DNA of 64,000 bases from positions 62,001 through 126,000 of the forward strand of contig NIVC01000561.1 in assembly GCA_002269645.1 (NCBI GenBank), written 5' to 3'. Position numbers and translations under genes: made by a program. Of the stretch, positions 45,009 through 56,350 are shown piece after piece. Each line of letters opens with the position of its first letter. Positions within the stretch are counted from its first letter, which is position 1. Source of the DNA: Macrostomum lignano (Eukaryota). The notes beneath the pieces were generated by a model, which was given only the letters and a program-made list of their open reading frames with translations, was not told where the DNA came from and did no database searches.

Positions 45009-45590
45009 GGTATAGTTCTAGTTTACTGCATTAAACTTTTTTTGCCTTCTATTCAAGGGTAGGGGGGTTGGAATATAACCCTGGATGGAATTCTTGCAGA
45101 AAAATCACAACGCGTAATGCAATTGCACGAAAAAAATGCAATTTTGCATCAAAAAATCCGGAAAAAATGTGTCGCAGATTTTTAGACAAAATTGCTAATT
45201 CTTAATATGCAAAAGTGCGCTTAAGATATTGGATTTTGCAAAAGATAATCCTACTAGCTAAGATCACGAAGAAAAAAAGAATAAAAAGTAAAAACTAAAT
45301 AAGGCACAAAAGTAAAAATTTAAAAACTCTATAAAAAGTAGAAACTCGTAACATTCTCTAACATACATAATTGGACAAAAATTCAAATCACTACATTTTA
45401 TTAGAATGCATTTTTCGTTATTGTCTTATTCTTTTTTAGATGAACATTTTGCAACGTGCTAAGTACCAAAATAAAAAATGCGACCAATAAAAATATTTTG
45501 CGCGCCATAAAAAAATTGCATAATTCCGTTTGACTTAAGAAATACAAGAATTCCATCCTGGAATATAACGAAGTAAACTAGAACTATGCC
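45009..45590. mobile_element. Non-autonomous DNA transposon (MITE) with GG termini, 18-bp TIR and 8-bp TSD (Merlin-like structure)
   Basis: Left GGTATAGTTCTAGTTTAC (45009-45026) and right GTAAACTAGAACTATGCC (45573-45590), 1 mismatch. AAAGAGAG flanks both sides (45001-45008, 45591-45598). Confidence 0.75.
45080..45561. mobile_element. Nested MITE with 17-bp TIR and about 8-bp TSD
   Basis: Left CCTGGATGGAATTCTTG and right CAAGAATTCCATCCTGG, 1 mismatch. AATATAAC flanks both sides (45072-45079, 45562-45569). Confidence 0.65.
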
Positions 45591-46191
45591 AAAGAGAGTT
45601 CTAAATAAAATTATAATACATTAAGGCCTTAGGCTTAGGGGCCTAGTTAATAATAATATAATAGGGCCTAGCCCTAGGCCCCTAGGGCCTAGGCTTATTC
45701 CAAATCATTTTTGCTAGAATTTTAGTTTTTATAACCATAAGACTTGACTTGCGAGTTGCGACTATGTTATTATAAGTGCTAAAAATAGGCCTAGTAAAAT
45801 TAAATTTTTAAAACAAAATAATGCAACTTAGAAACTCAAGCAAAAAGCGAAGCAAGCAAGTTATAAAAAGATGAATAGGCCTATGTTTAAAGCTCAACCT
45901 AAAGATGAAACTAAATGGACATGTAATTTTAGTTATTTAGTATTCAAACTGGCAACTATCCATCTTCTCGAGAAGAAATAAAATATAAATTTGAAAATTA
46001 AAAATTAAATTTATATTGGGGTTCTTCGGGTTTCTTCGAAACCGGTCGGCGTTGCGTTCGCCCGAATAAATCCGGAGATCGCGCTGATGAATCCAACGGA
46101 ATTTCTTTCTCCTGTTTTACTCCGGCTGCCAGGGTCCTCAAATTCCGGGGGGAGGGTAGTTGCGATCGTAGCTGAGCGGTCGTTTAGCGGC

Positions 46192-46889
46192 CAAGGACGA
46201 CTTAAGTAGACGGACGGGAAACCTCGTTTCTTAGAAAGTTTTTGAAGGCACTTTTTCCGAAAAAATACACTGCGGAGATAGGAAATTTTCATTTTTTCAG
46301 CACAAAAATTGCTATTACTTTTGATAGGAGGCAGATTCAGTGTTCATCTTTTGATGTGTTGTGCTTTTTTTATTGCTCTATCGATATTTATAAGGCTTTT
46401 CGTTCAGAAAATTAGCTTTCTATGTTAATTTTTTATTCTACGTATATTTCCTGTACCTGAAAATCACAATAATGCATGACACAGCTCCAATATTTGGTTT
46501 TATGAATCTATTTTATCATCTCTGTTACGAATATTTGCTACACAGTCAGTTAAGAATGACAAAATAGACTCATGAAACCAAAGAGCCGAGCCGTGGCAGT
46601 CTAATGTATTTCAAGCACAAGACGCGTGAAAATATACGTAAAATAAAAAATTAACATAGAAATCTAATTTTCTGAACGGAAAGCTTTATAAATATCGATA
46701 GAGCAATAAAAAAGGCACAACATATCAAAACATGAACACTGGATCTGCCTCCTATCAAAAGTAATAGCAATTTTTGTGCTGAAGAAATGAAAATTTCCTA
46801 TCTCCGCAGTGTATTTTTTCGGGAAAAAGTGCCTTAAAAATTTTCTAAGAAACGAGGTTTCCCGTCCTTCTACTTAAGTGTCGTCCTTG
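46192..46889. mobile_element. Foldback-type MITE, about 260-bp TIRs, CAAGG termini, 8-bp TSD (hAT or P superfamily)
   Basis: 46192-46450 is the near-perfect reverse complement of 46628-46889, with a spacer of about 175 bp. TTAGCGGC is duplicated at 46184-46191 and 46890-46897. No transposase ORF. Confidence 0.9.
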
Positions 46890-47915
46890 TTAGCGGCGCG
46901 GTCGTTCAAATGGTAGACACCGAAGATGCTGACACGTAAATTAGAGCGTCTATTTGTCGCGCTGATTACTTTTAGTAATCACAGAACAGAATGGAGTGCT
47001 AATCTGAGACAGTTATTTTTTGTCTTGCTCGATCTTCACTTTCTTTTAGCACCTCCTTTCCCCCAAACTCCGCGTCTTTAATTTCTTAATACAGGTGACA
47101 GGGAATTTAAAGCATCTAGATTTGTTTACCGCCTGTGCAAGATAAGAGAATTTCTTATTTTTGTTTTACACTTAATTAAAAAAATAATTTAATTGCTCTG
47201 CGCTTTAATTATATTTATCAATTTATTTGTTATACAGTGACGACGTCAAATTTAACTTAATTTCTGAGTTCGGTGGATTAAGCTCGACCTAGAAACTCGT
47301 TTCCCTTATCGTTCTTACATGTATGTACAGTATTTAAAGTTCTGCTGTACTAACCATTTCTCCTTATTATTATAGGGTTTTTAAGCAGGCAGTTCCTGTT
47401 GCGTCACAGGTTTCCCATGAATTACTGCAGCCAGCCAGATCGTAAGTCGTCCTTGATTATAACATGTACACAAGATGTGATACTAATTTTTTGTAATGCT
47501 ATTTTAGTAATGATGCGCATAGTACATATATACATGTACATATACGAGCCTGAGATCCAGGAGGAATTTACTTAAAAGAAAATGTAATGAGTTAAAACAA
47601 ATGTTATATATCCTTGAAACAGGTGCCATATACATGTTAAAGTATGTTAAATTAAGTACCAGTATAATTAGAGAATACTTTCTAACTTGTCTACTTTAAC
47701 TCATTGATACGAGCATTGCAATAAAACCATCCGACATGCATAACTGTCTGATTTTTATTTTTTAGACATTTTTTAAAGTTCGGACAATAAACGGTGGAAC
47801 CAAAATTATGCATATTAAAGTTAAAATCATTACGCTTTTGTGCATTCGCACAGTGCGTATTGAGTCAGGAAACTAGTAAAAGCACGTGATGTACATGTAC
47901 ATCTGTAAGTACAGT

Positions 47916-50900
47916 TCACGCCGCGTCAAACAAAAAGCGCAGTCCGTCGGGGAACCTGGCTTTGAGGTTGAAGATGAGCGCATCAGTTTGACGATTGGCA
48001 ACCACTGAATAACCACCAATAAAGCCGTGCTGTTGCTGATGTTGCTGCTGCTGATGTTGCTGCTGCTGATGTTGCTGCTGCTGATGTTGCTGCTGCTGCT
48101 GCTGATGTTGCTGTTGCTCTTGCTGCTGTTGCTGCTGCTGCTGCCGATGCTGCTGCTGCTGCTGCGCTGCTTTATCAGGAAATCCTTTCCCCAGTCCAGC
48201 ATTTACTTCAGTATAATCTTGCCGGTTTTCAGTTTCCCTGAGTTCTGCTTGGTCGATTGGTTCTGCTTGAAGTTGCTGCAGTCTTTGCAACGACTCGCTC
48301 TCGCGGCTGCGCTCCAGCTGAACCAGCGGCATCGAGGGCTGCCGGATATCGTAAACCTGATCGTTCAGCAAGAGCTGGCAGCCTCTCATTAGTGGCACCT
48401 CGCCGTTGAGGCACAAGGTGCCGCGGTTCAGCGTCAGCCGAGCCTTCTCGAACGTGGCCGTGTCCAGCTGCCGGTCCACCCAGCCCGCCCACTGCCTGCC
48501 CGACTCGCTCGGCCGCGGCATCAGCGGCCAGCCGACAATCCTCGGCGGCGGAAACCCGGCCGTCATTCTAGTTGGCCGGCCTGATTCGGCCACAAAATAG
48601 GCGACGCCCCGGTCGACCAGGACCGTCTCGACGGAGCTCCTGCCGGCCTCGCTGGCTGTCAGCCGCATTCGGCCGCGCAGGATGTGCAAACAGCGGCCGC
48701 CCGACTCCAGCAGGCAGATGCAGTCGGTGATCAGGTCCGACTCTCCCAGATCTGTCGATGAGTCGGTCACGCTGACGCCGACCAAACCTTCTGATGAACC
48801 CGTCTGGCTGATCTGCTGCTGCTGCTGCTCTTCGGCACTGAAGTCGCTGTCCTGACTGCCGTTGACTTTGGACTCGTCTGCGATTGGTGGATGCCAATGG
48901 TGGATTCAGCCAGTTTGTTGAGGGGCTTTGAGCTTTGTACATGACATCGGCACCGCAACCCTCTAATCATCAGTCAGGCAGACACTTCTGCGCCTTGAGA
49001 CTCGGCCTTCTAACGCAAAAGTCTGGCCACCCCCTGATATGTACTTTAATTGCACCCCAGCCTCCCGCGCAGCTCACCGCTCCATCCGGACAGCCACTCC
49101 AGCTGCATCTCCTGCTGTCCCAGGCAGATCCGGCCGCCCTTCAGCACCGGCGTCAAGTCGTCCAGGTACAGCAGGCCGTCCTTGTACAGCAGGTCGCGGC
49201 CTTCAATCCAGTGCGCGCTGCCAGTGTCGCCGCTGCCACCGCTGGGCCACTGCGTCAGGAAGACCACAGCGTCACGGACCAGCAGCTGGTCGGCGGCGGA
49301 ATCCGCGTCACCGAGCGGCGCCTTGCGACCTCGCAGCCAGGCCACCCCGGCCACCGCGCGCAGACTGTAGGAGCCGGGGCCGAGGCTGAACCTGCCAGAC
49401 TGAGTGCGCAGCAGGTTTAAAGGTTTCAATTTCAAATGGAAATTCACTTGAAAATCGTATTGTACTACTACTGGTGGACTGGTGAACAGTAGTGTAGTAT
49501 GCTAGAAGAAATATAATTTTAACTTCGAGATTTTTTGTAATTCTCAAAGCTCTATTTCGACACTATGAACCTTAGCCAGTTCCTCCATTCTCCCCAAATT
49601 TTCTCATCTCTCCCCAAGCCCGACAATGTCATCAACCTCACCAACCCCCTCAACTTCCCCAACCCCCTCAACTTCCCCAACTCCCTCAACCTCTCCAACT
49701 TCCCCAACTCCCTCAACCTCCCCAACTCCCTCAACCTCCTCAACTCCCTCAACTTCCCCAACTCCCTCAACCTCCCCAACTCCCTCAACCTCCCCAACTC
49801 CCTCAACCTCCCCAACTCCCTCAACCTCCCCAACTCCCTCAACCTCCCCAACTCCCTCAACCTCCCCAACTCCCTCAACCTCCCCAACTCCCTCAACCTC
49901 CCCAACTCCCTCAACCTCCCCAACTCCCTCAACCTCCCCAACTCCCTCAACCTCCCCAACTCCCTCAACCTCCCCAACTCCCTCAACCTCCTCAACTCCC
50001 TCAACCTCCCCAACTCCCTCAACCTCCTCAACTCCCTCAACCTCCCCAACTCCCTCAACCTCCCCAACTCCCTCAACCTCCCCAACTCCCTCAACCTCCC
50101 CAACTCCCTCAACCTCCTCAACTCCCTCAACCTCCCCAACTCCCTCAACCTCCTCAACTCCCTCAACCTCCCAACTCCCTCAACCTCCTCAACTCCCTCA
50201 ACCTCCCCAACTCCCTCAACCTCCCCAACTCCCTCAACCTCCCCAACTCCCTCAACCTCCTCAACTCCCTCAACCTCCCCAACTCCCTCAACCTCCTCAA
50301 CTCCCTCAACCTCCCCAACTCCCTCAACCTCCTTAACTCCCTCAACCTCCTCAACCTCCCCAACTCCCTCAACCTCCCCAACTCCCTCAACCTCCTTAAC
50401 TCCCTCAACCTCCTCAACTCCCTCAACCTCCCCAACTCCCTCAACCTCCTCAACTCCCTCAACCTCCCCAACTTCCCCAACTCCCACGCACCTGCAGAAA
50501 GAGCCGGCAGGGCACCTGTCTCCTAGTAGAGGAGGGCAGGCTGGCCAGCAGCCGCTCCTGCTGGTCCAGAGGCACGGGCTTGAAATCAGCGGACATGGCT
50601 AGCTGGGCCTCTGTTAGCAGCGCCGAGCCGCCTATGAACACGGTGCCACCCTGTGTGTACAGCCACACGTTGTTCAGCAGGAGAGGCCGGTCGCCGCCAG
50701 TCGCGGAAGAGCCGCTAGCAGCTTCTGCAACATTCCTTGCCGCTTCTCCTTCTTCACCGTTGTGCCGCCTGACTGTTGAAGACTTTTTACGCTGCCGCTT
50801 CAGCATGGACGAACCGCTGATTCTTGGAATTGACTGGGTTCGGTTTGGACAAGGGCGTGCAAGATGAGCTCTGTCTGACGCAACTCTCTCAGTTTATTTG

Positions 50901-51194
50901 AAATTTAATCCCAGAGCTGCCTCCTGCCCGTGTTTTTCTCACCTGTTGAAACCCGGAGCCACTGCACGCGGTCTGCACTCGGTACCAGCTGCCGACAAAG
51001 TGCAGCAAGCCCGACAGCACCACTATTGTGTCGTTGTGCAGCAGGCACCGGCCTCCGAGGAGCAGCAAAGTTCGCACTGGGGCGAGGGAGTCACCGCCGG
51101 ACTGACTGTTGGTAGCCACGTCCAGGTTCAGAGAGCCCTGTGCGGTGCGAGCAGTGTTCTCTGTGAATATTAGACAGACAGAAGACTGACAGAC

Positions 51195-51230
<36 letters not shown>

Positions 51231-51251
51231 TGATAGACAGACAGACAGACT

Positions 51252-51311
<60 letters not shown>

Positions 51312-54127
51312 CAGACAGATAGACAGACAGACAGCAGCCCAACCGTTGACTGCCGGTGAGCCGAGGACTTCAGTAAGGCGGACGCCGCAGCTGACGCGGC
51401 CTCGGCGCTGGGCAGGTCCTTGTTGCTGGCGGGCCGAATCCGGTCCAAGTTGGACAGCTGGCGGGCCAGAAGGTCCAGACGAAACTGCCGGCCGCCCAGG
51501 TGCAGCAGCGGCCGCTGCAGAATGGACTGCTGGCTGCCCAGCTGCAGGAGGCTCCGCTCGGCGTCGTAGAACAGGCAGGCACCGTCCAGATCGTCGGCTA
51601 CGCAGGCGAACAGGTCGCTGCGCTGCGCCATGGCGCCGCTGATGGTGGGCGCCGCCGGTAACGACTGGCTGCTCTGACCGGCTGGCGATGTTGAGGTGTT
51701 CTGCGGCGCCATCCACAGGTGGGAATTCTCGCTGTAGAATGCGGTGCCTTGCGGGAATGGGTTTGGGCGAGCAGTCAGGCGCGTTCCACTGACTCCTGAG
51801 CACCGATTCACACAGGGTGTACAGCAGCCCACGTACAATGCTTTGTACCCCAACCCCACCTTGTGACCCGTTGTGAAAATCAATAATTTTGCTTCCGGAC
51901 GCCAAAACTAGTGCCCGAGTGCCTGCTGACAGACATGCCAATGACCCGTCATACGCACACAGATCACGGACATTTAGCAATGACCCGTCAGACACACAGA
52001 TCACGGACATACCAATGACCCGTCAGACACACACAGATCACGGACATACCAATGACCCGTCAGACACACAGATCACGGACATTTAGCAATGACCCGTCAG
52101 ACACACAGATCACGGACATACCAATGACCCGTCAGACACACAGATCACGGACATACCAATGACCCGTCAGACACACACAGATCACGGACATGCCAATGAC
52201 CCGTCAGACACACAGATCACGGACATACCAATGACCCGTCATACGCACACAGATCACGGACATGCCAATGACCCGTCAGACGCACACAGATCACGGACAT
52301 GCCAATGACCCGTCAGACGCACACAGATCACGGACATGCCAATGACCCGTCATACGCACACAGATCACGGACATACCAATGACCCGTCATACACACACAG
52401 ATCACGGACATACCAATGACCCGTCATACGCACACAGATCACTGACATACCAATGACCCGTCACAGATCACGGACATGCCAATGACCCGTCAGACGCACA
52501 CAGATCACGGACATGCCAATGACCCGTCATACGCACACAGATCACGGACATACCAATGACCCGTCATACGCACACAGATCACGGACATACCAATGACCCA
52601 TCATACGCACACAGATCACGGACATACCAATGACCCGTCAGACACACACAGATCACGGACATACCAATGACCCGTCATACGCACACAGATCACGGACATA
52701 CCAATGACCCGTCATACACACACAGATCACGGACATACCAATGACCCGTCATACGCACACAGATCACGGACATACCAATGACCCGTCATACGCACACAGA
52801 TCACGGACATGCCAATGACCCGTCAGACACACAGATCACGGACATTTAGCAATGACCCGTCAGACACACAGATCACGGACACACCAATGACCCGTCAGAC
52901 ACACACAGATCACGGACATGCCAATGACCCGTCAGACGCACACAGATCACGGACATGCCAATGACCCGTCATACGCACACAGATCACGGACATTTAGCAA
53001 TGACCCGTCAGACACACAGATCACGGACATACCAATGACCCGTCATACGCACACAGATCACGGACATACCAATGACCCGTCATACGCACACAGATCACGG
53101 ACATGCCAATGACCCGTCAGACGCACACAGATCACGGACATGCCAATGACCCGTCATACGCACACAGATCACGGACATACCAATGACCCGTCATACGCAC
53201 ACAGATCACGGACATACCAATGACCCGTCATACACACACAGATCACGGACATACCAATGAACCGTCAGACACACACAGATCACGGACATACCAATGACCC
53301 GTCATACGCACACAGATCACGGACATACCAATGACCCGTCATACACACACAGATCACGGACATACCAATGACCCGTCATACACACACAGATCACGGACAT
53401 ACCAATGAACCGTCAGACACACAGATTACGGACATACCAATGACCCGTCAGACACACAGATCACGGACATACCAATGACCCGTCAGACACACAGATTACG
53501 GACATATAGCAATGACCCGTCAGACACACAGATCACGGACATACCAATGACCCGTCATACATACACACACACCCCATGACCCGTCATACGCACACAGATC
53601 ACGGACATACGGCTCGTACTTGTACCAACGACCAATGAAAAATTTCCACCGTAGGCTGAACACTGAACAGAAATTTTCACGCCACACTCTAAACTTTCTA
53701 CTCATGAGTAGACAAAATCTACCTGACTCGGCTCACCTCCGCTGACAAGCAGGATGTCGCCGCGCAGGAAAATTCTGCCGCTAATCAACTGCAGAGAAGC
53801 CGCCACACCGCCATGAGCAACGTTGCGCGCGGAGCGAATCTGATGCCGGCATTCGCCAATCTGAGCCAGCAGCACCGGCCGGTACGGCTCCTCGGCGGAC
53901 TCAATCTCAAGCTCGGCGTTATCCAGACCTCGGCCGGCCACTCCGGAGCAGGAGGCCTCCACCAGAGAGTGCGCCAGAGTGGCCAGAAGGGTCTGCGGCG
54001 GGCAGTCGCAGCGCACCCGGATCTCGCTGGTCTCGCCGCCATTCCGCTTGCCCTTCACAGCGGACACGAAGCCGGTCTGGCTGTGTCGGCAGTTGAACTT
54101 CCCCGTGTCTCCGCCTGCGGCTTCCAT
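47916..54127 (-). CDS. Large orphan protein (about 900+ aa) with recurrent hydrophobic-Gly/Asp beta-hairpin-like motifs and a C-terminal polyQ tract
   Basis: Exons 54127..53737, 51925..51794, 51747..about 51344 (a 46-nt mini-intron restores frame), about 51160..50943, about 50875..50492, 49399..49078 and 48877..47916. Most junctions are phase-consistent, two are unresolved. The N-terminus may extend to 54333. Confidence 0.65.
49625..50482. repeat. 18-bp minisatellite (CTCCCTCAACCTCCCCAA)n, about 47 copies, intronic
   Basis: Direct reading. It lies in intron 49400..50491. Confidence 0.95.
51172..51332. repeat. (GACA)n microsatellite, intronic
   Basis: Direct reading. Confidence 0.93.
51935..53610. 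repeat. 35-37-bp minisatellite (ACCCGTCAGACACACAGATCACGGACATACCAATG)n, about 46 copies, intronic
   Basis: Direct reading. It lies in intron 51926..53736. Confidence 0.96.
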
Positions 54128-54437
54128 GAAGATTCGGGTTCGACTATGGTTGAATAACTGATTGATTGATGCTTTAACCCCGACTGCTTATTCTGGTGTC
54201 TGCACTGATTCCCCACTGCAGGGGTAGCTTGGAGTGCGGCCGGACCGGTTGCGGCCATAGACAGTCTGGCTGGCTTCGGATTGTTGGATTTAGCATGGCA
54301 GAGCAAAATAGATGAGTCAGTCTGCTTTTGCATGCAGTTTTCATGATGATGTAAGTGATGATGGTCAGAAACTGTTCAACCAAATTTTATGCCTGGGACA
54401 ACTTCTCATGTTGAAGAAACTTGGAGCTCACAAAAAC

Positions 54438-54890
54438 CTGCCTGTCTAACAGGTGTGAACCTGCCTGTCTAACAGGTGTAAACCTGCCTGTCTAACAGGT
54501 GTGAACCTGTCTGTCTAACAGGTGTAAACCTGCCTGTCTAACAGGTGTGAACCTGCCTGTCTAACAGGTGTAAACCTGCCTGTCTAACAGGTGTGAACCT
54601 GTCTGTCTAACAGGTGTAAACCTGCCTGTCTAACAGGTGTGAACCTGTCTGTCTAACAGGTGTAAACCTGCCTGTCTAACAGGTGTGAACCTGTCTGTCT
54701 AACAGGTGTAAACCTGCCTGTCTAACAGGTGTGAACCTGCCTGTCTAACAGGTGTGAACCTGCCTGTCTAACAGGTGTGAACCTGCCTGTCTAACAGGTG
54801 TGAACCTGCCTGTCTAACAGGTGTGAACCTGCCTATCTAACAGGTGTGAACCTGCCTGTCTAACAGGTAAACCTGCCTGTACGTCTAACA
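54438..54890. repeat. 23-bp minisatellite (ACCTGCCTGTCTAACAGGTGTGA)n, about 19 copies
   Basis: Direct reading. It shares a 15-bp core with the reverse complement of the 5461 array. Confidence 0.95.
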
Positions 54891-55959
54891 GGAAACAGAC
54901 GAGATTATGTCTTACAGGGATGCGTATTTAAATGTCTAACGTAGAACTATGAAGTCTAACAGATAAAAACACCATATCTAACAAGATATAAAATATCTTC
55001 ATGCGAATATAATTTTCGACTAAAAACGCTTTTATGTCTACTCACATTAGTAAAATTAAATAGTAAAATTAAGTAAAATTAAGTAAAATAGTAAATTAAA
55101 ATTGAAACACAGCAGCATTTATTGAACCCCTCAAACTTTTGTGTTGAGCAGTCGAACTCGAACAGTCTGACCAACCACATGAGAACTAAATTTATTTGAC
55201 AACTTGTGTTAAACAAAATTTTGTCAGCAAATAAATAATTCAATAAATAAATTTAGTAACGCATTTAAAAAAATAAAATCTAAAATTCAGTCAGGTATTT
55301 AATTAAAACAAAAATTTCCCAAAACAAAAAAGCAATATTCATTGGTTACAAATTTGTTAGTTGGTCAGAAAAACGCATCGAATGTTGGCGGTGTGACGTC
55401 AGCTGAAAAGGGTTTAAAATAACAGTGCTAAAAACCGGAGCACACTTAAACAAAAAGTAATAATTTGTTGAAATGGAAAGCCGCTTGCAGTTGTCCTCAT
55501 TCATTCTTCTTACTAAAATTGAATTCGAATCAAAACAAACAGTAAAATGCGCACTGTACTACTAACTGACATGCGAAGGGGAAAGATAAGTAGTATAGTC
55601 AGCACCTGTCAATCGGAATTACAGAAGTTAGTAACTAATGTGGGGAAAATCAAGGATTTAATGAGATCGAAAGAGCTCATCTCAAATTGAAGTTACACGT
55701 TAGTTGTGTAGGTTTTTAAAAACAATTAATTCAATAATGAATCTTGTTTGTAGGCATTTGTATTTGTAGGTAAACATGATATTTAAATATATATATATAC
55801 TATATAAGTGATTTGTTTAACAAGCCGCAACACAAACACACAGGCACACACTGGACTGAAAGCTTCCAAAACATCTGGCAAAAGAGAAGAGGGGGGCCCA
55901 GCTATGAACTGCGACAGCTGCTTGTTCTCCATTGATTTTATCGACTTATATTTTCCTAG

Positions 55960-56325
55960 TATTAAATCCCAGGATTTGAAATTGAGGATGAATAAATCCA
56001 GGATAAAAATTAGGAATAAATAAATCCTAAGATTATAAATTGAGAATAAATGGATCCCAAGATTACAAATTGGGGATAAACAAATCTCAAGATTATTTGG
56101 GATAAATTAAACCCAAGAATATTGGGGATAGATAAATCCAAAGATTTGAAATTAGGGGATAAATAAATCCCAAGACTATAAATTGGGGATAAATAAATCC
56201 CAAGATTATAAATTTGGGATAAATAAATCCTAAGATTATAAATTGAGGATAAATGGATCCCAAGATTACAAATGAGGGGATAAATAAATCCCAAGACTAT
56301 AAATTGGGAACAAATAAATCCCATG
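55960..56325. repeat. Degenerate AT-rich repeat of about 30 bp (ATAAATAAATCCCAAGATTATAAATTGGGG)n
   Basis: Direct reading. Confidence 0.8.
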
Positions 56326-56350
56326 ATTTACTAAGAGAATCAGCAGCCAA

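Noticed and set aside
46160-46915. tRNA/SINE-like A and B boxes (TAGCTGAGCGG ... GTTCAAAT) split by the MITE
   Set aside because: After removing the MITE the box spacing is only about 30 nt and no cloverleaf can be drawn.
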